The notes under the pieces were generated by a model. That model ran no database searches. It was not told the origin of the DNA and worked only from the letters and a program-made list of their open reading frames with translations. From positions 1 to 61,118 of IMG/VR virus record IMGVR_UViG_3300045141_000235: 61,118 nt of DNA; one strand, written 5' to 3'. The stretch comes from a virus (Duplodnaviria > Caudoviricetes). Made by a program: the position numbers and the translations under genes. Positions 28,589-37,838 of this stretch are shown here, piece by piece (within the stretch, counting starts at the first letter, position 1; each line of letters opens with the position of its first letter).

Positions 28589-29235
28589 GCCGGCAGCAGT
28601 TCAAGTGCTTTCTCAGTCATCGACGCAAGCATAGCCTCGGCTTCCGGGCCTTCTTCCTTGGCGATGTTTGCGAGGAACGGCAGGCGTTTCTCGAAACAGT
28701 CGAGTATCTGCTGCCGGGTCGCGGGCTTGCCGTAGGCGAACCACAGCACTTCCGTAGGCTCGCCCAGGCGAATGAGCCAACTGTGCTCGACCTTGTAGGG
28801 CTTAAAGCTCTGGCAGATCCAGATGCATACCGCACCGGGATTGCCGTCAAGCATTTCCGGGGGACGGAGTATGCCTGCTGGCAAATTGGCAGAGCGATAT
28901 TGGGCGTCCGGCAACGTCATGAATGGGCACGCCTGGGCTGCGAACTCAGCGCATTCGCGGTGAGATGGCGGCTCGCTGGTGTTTCTGTTCACCGCGCACA
29001 TGGGGCCTATTGTGAAGGCGAGGTAACGGCCTAACTTCTCTCCGCATATCCAGCAAAGCCGCTCATTGACTGCTTTCACGAGCTTTTTACCATCCGCCAC
29101 GCGAAAGTCACGCGAGCCGTCGGGCAGGGTTGCAACGAAGTAAGGTATCGGATATCCGCGACGGTCGAGAGGCAATTTAATAAGTCTCGTCGGCAGAGGC
29201 GGCAATCCGCCTCGAAGTACAGGGCATGTGTCCAT
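28585..29235 (-). CDS. Conserved-looking phage hypothetical protein (Cys-motif)
   Basis: RGYPIPYFV...LCWICGE.LG...EPPSH.ECA.FA..ACPF. Confidence 0.6.
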   Translation of the reverse strand: MDTCPVLRGGLPPLPTRLIKLPLDRRGYPIPYFVATLPDGSRDFRVADGKKLVKAVNERLCWICGEKLGRYLAFTIGPMCAVNRNTSEPPSHRECAEFAAQACPFMTLPDAQYRSANLPAGILRPPEMLDGNPGAVCIWICQSFKPYKVEHSWLIRLGEPTEVLWFAYGKPATRQQILDCFEKRLPFLANIAKEEGPEAEAMLASMTEKALELLPA

Positions 29236-29561
29236 CAGAAAAGCCGTGCCTGATCATCAAACATGAACGAGAGCTGCGCAATCTCGCGCTTCTTCTCCTC
29301 CAACCGATCCGCCACAATCGCGCGCACAAAGCTGTTGACGATGTTCGCCTTGCAGCCACAAGCTTCGGCCACGGCCTTGATCGCATCCGAATAATCCTCC
29401 TGCGCCGTGTTGATGGTGCGAAGTAGGTCCTGCAGGTGGGCAGATTCCTTGTCGGTCAACTTGCGCAGAATCGCCTCCTGGCGCTGCTTGTCCAGGCGCC
29501 CGGTTCGCGTGTGGTGAATGCGGGCGCTTCTGATGCCGGCTACTTCGGTGAGGGTGGTCAT
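29235..29561 (-). CDS. GapR/DsbA-like DNA-binding protein
   Basis: Helical 'EDYSDAIKAVAE..G....IV..FV' pattern; RBS aaggag before MTTLTE. Confidence 0.45.
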   Translation of the reverse strand: MTTLTEVAGIRSARIHHTRTGRLDKQRQEAILRKLTDKESAHLQDLLRTINTAQEDYSDAIKAVAEACGCKANIVNSFVRAIVADRLEEKKREIAQLSFMFDDQARLF

Positions 29562-29859
29562 AATGTGCTCCTTGGGTTTTCGTTTATTAAAAAGTGTTTG
29601 TACTTGCGGTAGTTGGATAGGCTGCGGCAGGCATCGTGCCAAAGGACGACGCCCGCGGCTACGCTTAACAGACCCAGCGGATTTGAGTCAAAGATAGATA
29701 ACAACGCCACGCCAGCATTGAGCAGGAACAAAAGGGATTCCCATACGAAATAACGCCGCGAGAACTTAGCGAACCAGATCGACTCCTCGACTCGACATCG
29801 ATCGTCCAACCGGGCGATGGCTTGTTCAAATTCTTGTTCCACAGTCCTTCGGTTCCGCC

Positions 29860-31089
29860 TCACGCTGCCGCGCCCCGAAACACGCTTTGCGCATCGATCC
29901 AATCACGGGCGGCATCCAGCTCCGCCGCCGGCAACTGTGCCAACCGCACGATACCAAACTTCTGCTCCCACTCAATCGCGCCAATCCCAGCCCGCTGCAG
30001 CATCCCCTCCAACTGAGCGACATCCTCCGGGCCGATAAACCGGGTGCCGGCCGGATGGGCCCGGCTTGGCTGCTGGGGAGTCAATTCAGCCTTCCTCGCC
30101 TCTTTTGCCGCAATCAGCCGATCGACCGCCGCCCGGCGGACCTCCAGGTCCAACTGAAACGCCCGCGCCTCACTGGTCGCCAGCTCGAAGTCCCGCGCCA
30201 ACTGCGGCAAGGTCGCACACTTCTCGAACTTGCCCACCCAGGTCGCTACACGGGCCTCCAGGCGCTCCAGCGGGCTGCCCATGTCACGGCCAGCCTCCTC
30301 CGCGGGCGACGCGGTGTAGAGCCACTGCGCAAGCGTGGAGCCATGTTTCTCGGTCATTCGGCCAATTACCCCCTCCATCGGAAACACCCCGGTGCGGTCT
30401 TTCAGGGTGGTTGCCACATTGCCCTCGGTGTCGAGGTTTAAGAGGCTCGTGAACTCATACTCGGCGCCGGCGCGCTGGATGGGCGCCATGCCTATCCGCT
30501 TCGGGCGGTGGCGCTTGTTGCCCTGCTTGTCCGTGTATTCCTCTGTCACCCAGGCGGTTTTGGAGCGCATGGAGACGATGAGATGAGCGGGCGTTGCCAG
30601 AAGGTCTTCGAGGAACCGGTTTTGCTCAGGGGTGATGTCATCGAACGCCTTCCAGGTGTTGCCGTCTTTTTTCGCGATCGTCGCGAGCTTCTCGAGAAGC
30701 CCCCCTTGGCCGGCCCACGCATGGGAGAGCTGGTCGATGCCGATCACCACATGGCCGGAAATCTCCATCGAGCGCAGAGCCTTGATGTAGCGCTCAGTGG
30801 TGTAGGGCGGGCGCAGCTCCAGCACATCGAAGGGCGGGATTCGCGTGCCATCGGGCAGCATGGCGTCGGCGTATAGCCTGGCGGATTTTTGCTCGGTGTC
30901 GATGATTCCGATCTTGCCATCCAGCGGTCCCGCGATGATCTTCATGTCGATCATCGCTTGGACGAGACCGCCGGCGATCCGCAGCATGGTCATGGTTTTG
31001 CCGCCGCCCGAGGTGCCGCACAGGGCCAGGCGCAGGCGCGAGCTTTTGCGGGTTGCTCGCTCAATCTTGAATTCGTCGTTGTCGCTCAA
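29860..31089 (-). CDS. Sak4-like AAA ATPase (ssDNA-annealing recombinase)
   Basis: Walker A GTSGGGKT, IDTE..SA.LYA, IDQLSHAWAGQGGLLE, MRSKT, KDRTG. Confidence 0.8.
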   Translation of the reverse strand: MSDNDEFKIERATRKSSRLRLALCGTSGGGKTMTMLRIAGGLVQAMIDMKIIAGPLDGKIGIIDTEQKSARLYADAMLPDGTRIPPFDVLELRPPYTTERYIKALRSMEISGHVVIGIDQLSHAWAGQGGLLEKLATIAKKDGNTWKAFDDITPEQNRFLEDLLATPAHLIVSMRSKTAWVTEEYTDKQGNKRHRPKRIGMAPIQRAGAEYEFTSLLNLDTEGNVATTLKDRTGVFPMEGVIGRMTEKHGSTLAQWLYTASPAEEAGRDMGSPLERLEARVATWVGKFEKCATLPQLARDFELATSEARAFQLDLEVRRAAVDRLIAAKEARKAELTPQQPSRAHPAGTRFIGPEDVAQLEGMLQRAGIGAIEWEQKFGIVRLAQLPAAELDAARDWIDAQSVFRGAAA

Positions 31090-31116
31090 GGTGATTCTCC
31101 CTTTGGTTGAAGTGAT

Positions 31117-31296
31117 TTAATTTCTGGACTTTCGAGGATTGCCTTTGAATCCTACGTCCATGTTTAGGAACGCGTACAGCGCAGTCTCAATCAAGTTCGC
31201 TAAAGACCTGTTTTCTTTGACAGCTCGCTCGGCGAGCGCGGATTTGAGATTGCGGTCAATCCACATGTGCAGCACCGTTGGTTTTGTTTTTCCCAT
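31117..31296 (-). CDS. Arc-like ribbon-helix-helix regulator (59 aa)
   Basis: Hand-translated MGKTKPTVLHMWIDRNLKSALAERAVKENRSLANLIETAL; absent from the ORF track. Confidence 0.7.
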   Translation of the reverse strand: MGKTKPTVLHMWIDRNLKSALAERAVKENRSLANLIETALYAFLNMDVGFKGNPRKSRN

Positions 31297-31356
31297 CGGA
31301 GTTCCTTGTCCAAAAGTGATAGCATTGTGAAATAATGCGCGTGCGGCGCTCGCGCG

Positions 31357-31704
31357 TCAAGATTGATCGAACAGCGCCTCCTGCTTGGCGGTCTTTACGC
31401 GCTGCTTGCCGGCCGCATAGACGGAGAGCACGCGATCGGCGATTACGGACAGACCGTGCTTTTCCTCACCGTTTTTGGTCCAGGACGAGAGCTTGGCGCG
31501 CTCGGCAATGGCGCAGGCGTCGCCTTTTTTCAGGAGCAGCAGCGCTGCGGCTGTGTCTTCTGCGAAGGCGATTACGCTGACCAGCATGGGTTCCGTGTTC
31601 TCAGCCGGAACCTTGACCGAAGCGGTCGTGTAGGGTTTGCCGGCGACGCTCATGCGCGAAACCGGGTCGGCTATCAGGGTGCCTGTGGCGAGGACGGAGA
31701 GCAT
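31357..31704 (-). CDS. ssb: Single-stranded DNA-binding protein
   Basis: OB-fold pattern G.L.ADP...GKPY...VIAF...A....LKKGD....LSSW..NGE...GLSVIAD; adjacent to the Sak4-like gene. Confidence 0.75.
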   Translation of the reverse strand: MLSVLATGTLIADPVSRMSVAGKPYTTASVKVPAENTEPMLVSVIAFAEDTAAALLLLKKGDACAIAERAKLSSWTKNGEEKHGLSVIADRVLSVYAAGKQRVKTAKQEALFDQS

Positions 31705-32948
31705 TCGAGGGATTCCTTGAATCGGGCGATGATTTCGATCAGCTCGGGTGCTGATTGCAATTCGCGCCCTACATTAACCGCTGGGTAGTAGTGGTTGTTG
31801 CAACAACCGAAAACGTGTTTGAGACTGCCGTTTGCACCGAGGGTCAAAACATTGATGGTGACCGATTCTTCGCAGCGCACACCGGTTGATGGATCGATGA
31901 AAATGCAACGGTGATCAAGAATCGGTTTACTCTCCTCTGAGGCGATTACGAACGACTGCTCGAACGGGCGGCCATCGCCATAGAAAGTCACGCCCTGCAA
32001 CACATATTCCGTGCCGATTTTGCCATTGGCACGGCACCACTCGGCATATCGCAACGTGCCGGCCAGCATGGCCTTGGGGTCGCAACCTTCGGCCACCCGC
32101 GCGCTCCACGCCTCCCGCGCTTCGAGCACAGGATTGTTGCCATCTCGGCGCGGGTACGACCGCCAGGCGTCAGCGAAAAGCGGTGGATCAGCGCCAGATG
32201 CTTTCTCGCCAGGCAGGCGCAACTGCGCCCAATCCTCCCGCACGGCGCCCATGAACCCCTCGTCCCAATCGGCGTAGACGTAGCCCTTGGCGCGGGCCTT
32301 GCTGACGAAATGCTCGAGATGCCGGTCGAGGTCTGTAAAGCCCTTGCCGGACGCCCAGGCCGTTACCCGCTCCGAGATCTTGAAGTCTTCTGGAAGCGGG
32401 GTTTTTGCTGATCGCCGGGCTTTGGCTTTTTTCTCCGGTTTTGCGTCAACGGGGGGGTCCTCGCGCGCAGCGCGAGGGGGGGTAGGGGAATCAGGAATCA
32501 AGGAAGAGGGAATCAAGGAAGAGGGAATCAGCCCGGCTAGCACCTGCCTTTCCACGGCTGGGTCATACCTTTCCACGGCTGGGTCATACCTTTCCACGGC
32601 TGGGTCATACCTTTCCACGGCTGGCGCAGGTTTTGGAATGACGGAGGGCGCTTCTTTGGGGTGTGGATTTTGATGTTTAACGAAAGAACATATCTCTATA
32701 AACCTTGCCCCATCAGACTCATAGCGGCGGATAAACCCGAATTTATCAAGATCGACGAGCGCGTTTTCTACGTCAATAGAATCGCTTGGGAATACCTCCA
32801 TCTTGATGCGCTTCGGGCGATCCTCAAGTCGGCCCTCGCGATCGGCAAGCAACCAAAGCCCGATAAATAGCAGCCGCGTCGAAAACGGTAACTCGGCCAA
32901 GTCTTCGTTCTTAAAAAAGGAGGGTTTGATATTCCGCGAACGGGCCAT
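31674..32948 (-). CDS. Phage replication initiator / replisome organiser
   Basis: MARSRNIKPSFFKNEDL...RLLFIGLW..ADREGRLEDRP, internal iterons, C-terminal F..AW..YPRR domain. Confidence 0.8.
   Translation of the reverse strand: MARSRNIKPSFFKNEDLAELPFSTRLLFIGLWLLADREGRLEDRPKRIKMEVFPSDSIDVENALVDLDKFGFIRRYESDGARFIEICSFVKHQNPHPKEAPSVIPKPAPAVERYDPAVERYDPAVERYDPAVERQVLAGLIPSSLIPSSLIPDSPTPPRAAREDPPVDAKPEKKAKARRSAKTPLPEDFKISERVTAWASGKGFTDLDRHLEHFVSKARAKGYVYADWDEGFMGAVREDWAQLRLPGEKASGADPPLFADAWRSYPRRDGNNPVLEAREAWSARVAEGCDPKAMLAGTLRYAEWCRANGKIGTEYVLQGVTFYGDGRPFEQSFVIASEESKPILDHRCIFIDPSTGVRCEESVTINVLTLGANGSLKHVFGCCNNHYYPAVNVGRELQSAPELIEIIARFKESLECSPSSPQAP
32487..32624. repeat. Probable replication origin: 21-bp iterons (3 full + 1 partial) and 15-bp repeats
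   Basis: cctttccacggctgggtcata tandem from 32547; ggaatcaaggaagag twice from 32495; both inside the initiator gene as in lambda O. Confidence 0.8.
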
Positions 32949-33203
32949 TATTGCGTCTCCCCGTTTGAAAGCAATGCAGCCCCTTTGACAGCCGCACCCA
33001 AGTGTGATGAGTTCCGACCGCCGGTGAAGTAAAACGCTTGGAACCAGGATGCGGCCGTCGAAGGAGCCATAATTTAATACTTCACCAGGAGATCGGCCAT
33101 CACGCCGATGCGCACAATTGCGCACCAGCATCGTGCCTATGTTGCAAAACCTTGTCAACACACTGGTGTTGCGTCACGCGTGACAGCGTGACGGTCGAGC
33201 GCG

Positions 33204-33551
33204 TCAGCTTTGCGCGCTCGGCACCTCAATGCGCCGTTTCTTCCTCACCTCGACCACAACCGGCTTGGGCGCCGGCTTCGGCTCTGGCGCCGGCGGCTGT
33301 TTCTTCGCCTTCTGAGGCTTCGCTGCCGATTTTTCGACAGGTGGAGTAGGCGGCTTGACTTCGGGCGGAGGAGGGGGAGGGGCGTTCGGATCAAGCATAA
33401 GCACATCAAAAGTCTCAAGTATTGAGACGCTTGCCCTGGAGCAATTAACGTCGTAGAGCCGCTTTGCTTCTGTGCGGGCGGTATCAATATCCGGTTGCGG
33501 GCGCTTGCAGTTTCCGCGGCCGTTGACGTAAATATAGTATGGTGCTGGCAC
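33204..33551 (-). CDS. Hypothetical protein with a Pro/Lys-rich tail
   Basis: GTG start with strong RBS (ggagg). Confidence 0.55.
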   Translation of the reverse strand: MPAPYYIYVNGRGNCKRPQPDIDTARTEAKRLYDVNCSRASVSILETFDVLMLDPNAPPPPPPEVKPPTPPVEKSAAKPQKAKKQPPAPEPKPAPKPVVVEVRKKRRIEVPSAQS

Positions 33552-33554
33552 TCG

Positions 33555-33700
33555 GTCCTCCCTTTAGACGTGGAAACGTCTGAGTCTTGCCCGGGTCGGT
33601 GAGAAACCTTTAGAATCTTGCAAAGGTCTGAGGCCGACTACAGATCGACTCAGTTCGGAAGCCCCGAGAATTATCCCTCGGGGCTTTGTTTTTGTAGAAT
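33555..33700 (-). ncRNA. Structured leader RNA candidate
   Basis: Nested stems (aagccccgag/ctcggggctt; ctgagtc/gactcag; gtcgg/ccgac; agacgt/acgtct) downstream of TTGCAA-18-CATTCT. Confidence 0.45.
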
Positions 33701-33748
33701 GCGCTTTTTATGAGAACGTTGCAAGCCGAGGCCTGTTGCGGGCGGCAG

Positions 33749-34120
33749 CTAATCCTGGCCTAACGCCTGATCACAGATCCTTCGGTGTTGATCTTCTGCC
33801 TCGGCCCACGTCGAGCAGCGTTCGGTAAACCCGTTATGCGGCCCGCCGAAAACCAGAGTCTCGAACAGCAAAGGCTTTGCTCCGCGGCCTAACATACCAA
33901 AAGACGCATGGTCGACGCCGAGAAAAGCGGTAGAGACGCGCGTGCCGTTGCGCTCTGTGTTCGCAACGCGCCGGTCGGCTTGCTCCATCCAGCGAGCCCA
34001 GACGATAAGGTCAATACATGCCACGGCGTTGCGGCCAGCGAGCACGTAGAGGCCGAGCCACTTACGTCTTTGGGGTTTCAATTGTGGAAACGACCTTGCC
34101 GGCGCCGGCAATATGATCAC
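33749..34120 (-). CDS. Conserved-looking phage hypothetical protein
   Basis: VST.FLG.DH...P.LFET.VFGG......RCSTWAEA..QH motif. Confidence 0.6.
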   Translation of the reverse strand: MIILPAPARSFPQLKPQRRKWLGLYVLAGRNAVACIDLIVWARWMEQADRRVANTERNGTRVSTAFLGVDHASFGMLGRGAKPLLFETLVFGGPHNGFTERCSTWAEAEDQHRRICDQALGQD

Positions 34121-34482
34121 TTACGCTTCTGGCTAATCTGCGAGACATTCGACGGCGGCTCGGCTACTGGCTTCTGCGCTTCCTTCGCGGCCCGTGCCGC
34201 TTCGGCTTCCCGGCTTGCCTTCTCCAATTCCTTCAACAAGTGCGAGGCTGGCTCAACGCGCAGGACGTTCAGATGCGCCCGGAATTGCTTGCCGTGCTTG
34301 ATCTGTGCTTTCTCGCGCTTCTTGCTGTAGTTTCTAGCGCCGGTGACGTCGATGTGGTCCATTACCGCGTCCTCGTCGTGGGTGCGGCCAAGGCCGAATA
34401 GCCATTTGCCGACTGCGTAGATGCACACCGCGGCGACACAGGAGGCCGCGAGGATCAGAACGGTGGCGGACCCTTCGCTCAA
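34117..34482 (-). CDS. Hypothetical membrane-anchored protein
   Basis: N-terminal hydrophobic helix; coupled ORF. Confidence 0.5.
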   Translation of the reverse strand: MSEGSATVLILAASCVAAVCIYAVGKWLFGLGRTHDEDAVMDHIDVTGARNYSKKREKAQIKHGKQFRAHLNVLRVEPASHLLKELEKASREAEAARAAKEAQKPVAEPPSNVSQISQKRK

Positions 34483-34733
34483 GACTTATCCTTCGCCTCC
34501 ACCCGCTTGTTGAATCCATCGCACTCGACGGCCCCATTGTACAGACGAATCCGTCCACCCCGCACGACGATGGCCTTTGGCCCGAGTTCCAGCGCCAAGG
34601 CTGTGAGATCCACGCGCAGGCGAACGTCGCCCACCAAAACGCCGCCAGCGCTGCCAGGCGGCGCGCCAGGCAGGTCTATGCCGGATTTGGCGAGGACACC
34701 GACAAGTTCGATGGAGCGGGTCAATTTGCGCAT
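34479..34733 (-). CDS. Hypothetical protein
   Basis: Coupled ORF. Confidence 0.45.
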   Translation of the reverse strand: MRKLTRSIELVGVLAKSGIDLPGAPPGSAGGVLVGDVRLRVDLTALALELGPKAIVVRGGRIRLYNGAVECDGFNKRVEAKDKS

Positions 34734-34753
34734 GAATTTCTCGAAGTAAATCC

Positions 34754-34954
34754 CTAGGCGTGTTGATGTTTCTGGGTAGAGCGCGCCCTGTTGGGCTTCT
34801 TCGAGCGCCTCGCTGCTTCCTCAATCGCCTCGACACGATCCTCCCGGTGCAGCCCGGTTAGCAGCGCTGCAATTTCGTGATCTTTCCAGCCAGCGGCCTG
34901 AAGTGTCTTGACTGCCGTGCTGAGTCTGGTCTGTGCTTCCTCCCTGGACATCAT
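34754..34954 (-). CDS. Small hypothetical protein, first leftward gene
   Basis: RBS aaggag before MMSREEAQ. Confidence 0.5.
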   Translation of the reverse strand: MMSREEAQTRLSTAVKTLQAAGWKDHEIAALLTGLHREDRVEAIEEAARRSKKPNRARSTQKHQHA

Positions 34955-34985
34955 CGTGGTGCGCTCCTTAAAGTTAATTCTGACA

Positions 34986-35043
34986 ATCTTAGTCCCCCAA
35001 AGATGATAACACAATGGACTTTTGCAATGAGAGAGCCTAAGAT
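34986..35043. promoter_or_regulatory. Back-to-back divergent sigma70-like promoters
   Basis: + strand TGGACT-17-TAAGAT (35015..35043); - strand TTGTGT-17-TAAGAT (35014..34986); they sit at the strand switch. Confidence 0.6.
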
Positions 35044-35049
35044 CAGCGA

Positions 35050-35202
35050 ATGCCAAATAAAAGACCGACCAAAGCGCAGTTTCGCGAGTGGGGCAGGCAG
35101 GGCGGACTCAAGCGGGCGCGGCGATTGACCAAGGCCGCGCGCCGGCGCATCGCGATTAAGGCGGTGCGGGCGCGGGAGGCGTTGAAAGTGAGGAGGGGAT
35201 AG
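35050..35202 (+). CDS. Small highly basic protein (50 aa)
   Basis: Hand-translated MPNKRPTKAQFREWGRQGGLKRARRLTKAARRRIAIKAVRAR; first rightward gene. Confidence 0.6.
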   Translation: MPNKRPTKAQFREWGRQGGLKRARRLTKAARRRIAIKAVRAREALKVRRG

Positions 35203-35203
35203 A

Positions 35204-35518
35204 TTGAGCACGCTGCCAACATCCCGGCAAAAAGCCGAATTTCTGCGCCAGCTCGCCCTTGAGCGCGCCGGCCATGCGTGTGAGGGCAGCCCGGCGTTTC
35301 CCCATTGCCGCGCACGGGCCGATCGCGCGCACCCGGAAACCGACAAGCCGGTGACGCTGCTCGTTATCAACTTCGAGCCCGGCGTCGAGACCCTGGGCAA
35401 CAAGCGCGTGATGTGCAACCGGTGTGTATTGGCCTACGATTTCCCGCTGCATTGCACTCAAGGGTGGAGACAGCGCAGGAAGGCGATGCTGAATCTTGAG
35501 TTGTTTCCGATCGAATAA
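35204..35518 (+). CDS. Degenerate HNH-like Cys-motif protein
   Basis: RAG.ACEGSP..P.CRA...N...MCNRC.L.YD; the HNH His residues are not evident. Confidence 0.45.
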   Translation: MSTLPTSRQKAEFLRQLALERAGHACEGSPAFPHCRARADRAHPETDKPVTLLVINFEPGVETLGNKRVMCNRCVLAYDFPLHCTQGWRQRRKAMLNLELFPIE

Positions 35519-35530
35519 AAGGAGGAAAAC

Positions 35531-36127
35531 GTGGGGCCAAATTGCATCATTTATGATTGTGAAATTATTAACGCGATTCCGAACCGCGACGGCTCCAAGC
35601 TGAAAGGCATCGCGTACTGCGCTGGCTGGCGGGACTTCGAGAACATGGGCGTGAGCGTGACGGGCGTTTACGATTACGTCGAGGACCGGTACCGGGTATT
35701 TTGCGATGACAACAAAGCTGAACTCGCGGAACTGATTCACGGCCGCAAAGCGCTGTGCGTTGGATTCAACAACATACCATTCGATAATAGGCTACTGTTT
35801 GCCGCCGGCTGGCCTTGTCCTAATGATGAGATGTCGTACGATTTACTTCGGGAGATATGGATTGCCGCAGGATTGCCCCCGACGTTTGACCACAAAACGC
35901 ATGGCGGGTTTGGGCTGGACGCGGTTTGCGAGAAGAACTTCGGAACTAAAAAAACAGGCAGCGGAGCGCTCGCGCCGGTTTTGTGGCAGCACGGCCAGAA
36001 GGGCCAGGTCATTGATTATTGCTTGAACGACATTCGACTGACCAAACAGCTATTCGATGATGTTCTGCAGGAGAAAAACATCATCAATCCTAAAAGCGGA
36101 CTGCCGTTACGATTGAGGAAGCCGTGA
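35531..36127 (+). CDS. DEDD/RNase H-like 3'-5' exonuclease
   Basis: IIYDCE (Exo I), VGFNNIPFD (Exo II), YCLNDI (Exo III). Confidence 0.8.
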   Translation: MGPNCIIYDCEIINAIPNRDGSKLKGIAYCAGWRDFENMGVSVTGVYDYVEDRYRVFCDDNKAELAELIHGRKALCVGFNNIPFDNRLLFAAGWPCPNDEMSYDLLREIWIAAGLPPTFDHKTHGGFGLDAVCEKNFGTKKTGSGALAPVLWQHGQKGQVIDYCLNDIRLTKQLFDDVLQEKNIINPKSGLPLRLRKP

Positions 36128-36525
36128 GCATACCCGCCCAGATGCGAGACCCCGCGGCCGATCACCGCGACGCGGAGAACTGGCGCTATCTCAAATCGCA
36201 CACCCCCTCTGCGGGCGCGCTGATCAAGTTCATCGGCGGCGAGAGTTTCCAAATCGACTTCCTGTGGAGTAGGGTTCTATCGGCGGTCGAGGAGCGCGAC
36301 TACTTGCTGGCGCGCATGCGGATGCTCGCGTCGTTGCCCGACAGCCCAAATAATGCGGCCGATTCCAAGCGGCTGGTGGTTGAGGCTATCTGGAGGATCG
36401 AAGAAACGCGCCAGGCCGCAATCAATGCTGCAGCACCCGCAGGACCCGCGTCCGTGCAGGCGCCCCAATCGCCGAAAGCTCTCGACGGCGAGTCTGCGCT
36501 GGGCGCGGGCCAGGAGGGCAAATGA
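36124..36525 (+). CDS. Hypothetical protein
   Basis: Coupled ORF. Confidence 0.5.
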   Translation: MSIPAQMRDPAADHRDAENWRYLKSHTPSAGALIKFIGGESFQIDFLWSRVLSAVEERDYLLARMRMLASLPDSPNNAADSKRLVVEAIWRIEETRQAAINAAAPAGPASVQAPQSPKALDGESALGAGQEGK

Positions 36526-36725
36526 AAGACCTTTTGATCGAAGCGAGGCAGGAAATTCTCGATCTACGCCGCCACAATGAGATTTTGAGCGCCCAAATGA
36601 GTGTAGTTGAGATATTCGCCGCTGCTCTGGGGATAAAACGCGGCCAAGGCGAAGCGGCTCCAGACATTGCTTGGGCGCTGCAGAAGAAAATCGACGAGCT
36701 GATTAAAGCCCAGGAGAAGCCTTGA
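36522..36725 (+). CDS. Hypothetical protein
   Basis: Coupled ORF with RBS ggagg. Confidence 0.5.
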   Translation: MKDLLIEARQEILDLRRHNEILSAQMSVVEIFAAALGIKRGQGEAAPDIAWALQKKIDELIKAQEKP

Positions 36726-37027
36726 GCCAAGCTGACGACGTAAAAAAATTAGTTGATAGCTTAACTAAAAAGGCGGCGGACGAAGGCCGTCTAATAGAGC
36801 TTGGATGGCTCTCCTTTAGATTGGCTGTCTTGCCTCCAGAATGCTCTGATATTCAGGTCAAGGAATGTCGGCGTGCGTTCATGGCGGGCGCGCAGCATTT
36901 GTTCGGCTCAATCATGACGATCCTTGAACCCGGAACAGAAGCAACTGACCACGACGTAGCGACGCTAACCATGATTAACCAGGAGTTAGCCCTATTTGTT
37001 AAGGAAGTAAAGGCGGGTCGATTATGA
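36722..37027 (+). CDS. Hypothetical protein
   Basis: Q..E.RRAF.AGA motif; coupled ORF. Confidence 0.55.
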   Translation: MSQADDVKKLVDSLTKKAADEGRLIELGWLSFRLAVLPPECSDIQVKECRRAFMAGAQHLFGSIMTILEPGTEATDHDVATLTMINQELALFVKEVKAGRL

Positions 37028-37166
37028 GTCTTGAAGGCCAGGCTCGGCGGTCCGAACACCTGCCGGCTGTCTTCACCGGCGCAGTCGCGCCTGGCGCGGA
37101 CCAAACGGAGAACCGCACGCGGCTGATCGAGAAGGCGGTCAAACGCAAGCGGGAAATGAGGCGGAA

Positions 37167-37838
37167 ATGACCGACCCCCTCGACCAGATCGCCAGCGAAC
37201 TGCGCGCACAGCTTGCTGTTACCAAGTGGGGAAACGAACAGAGCGCGATACTGTATGCCCTCAACCGTGCGCGGGCGCTGCCAGCCGAGCCGCAGGAGCC
37301 GACTGAGGAAATGATCTCTGCTATCGCTGATAAATATAGATACCCTGCCATTCCAGGATTTATGCACACTGCAAAGCGCGCATTCATTGATGCAATTCAC
37401 GAGGCTTTGTCAATGCGTGTGTTGAAGAGGCCAGCCGCAGAGCAGCCAGAACTTAGGGTTGCGCCTTCCGACGAGGACGCTTCGGCTGCTCCCGCTGCGA
37501 CTGCTACGAAGTATCGCAAGAAACCGGTAATAGTTGCGGCAACACAGTGGTTCAAGATAGGAGATCACACTGCGGTTGTGGAGGTTCCTGACAGGATTAG
37601 AGAAACATGGGAGAGTAGAACCACGGATTTATTCTCTGATAAGTTGGGATGGATTGGAACCTTAGAAGCAGGGCACGTAGTTACGCCTGGAGATTTCATT
37701 ATTACTGGTGTACAGGGCGAAATGTATCCCTGTAAGCCAGATATTTTCGCACTAACGTATGAACCTGCTGCGGCTCCGGGCGATACACCCCGCCACCGTC
37801 CCACGGCTGAGATAGACCATGAGACAGGTGAATCGTGA
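37167..37838 (+). CDS. Protein with a conserved phage KYRKKPV...PGD.II.GV.GE.YPCKPDIF domain
   Basis: Recognisable C-terminal motif. Confidence 0.65.
   Translation: MTDPLDQIASELRAQLAVTKWGNEQSAILYALNRARALPAEPQEPTEEMISAIADKYRYPAIPGFMHTAKRAFIDAIHEALSMRVLKRPAAEQPELRVAPSDEDASAAPAATATKYRKKPVIVAATQWFKIGDHTAVVEVPDRIRETWESRTTDLFSDKLGWIGTLEAGHVVTPGDFIITGVQGEMYPCKPDIFALTYEPAAAPGDTPRHRPTAEIDHETGES

Noticed and set aside
32547-32624. CRISPR array
   Set aside because: The repeats are head-to-tail without spacers, in frame inside the initiator gene; no cas genes.
32949-33161. N-terminal extension of the replication protein
   Set aside because: The family-typical start MARSRNIKP at 32948 has an upstream ggggag RBS.
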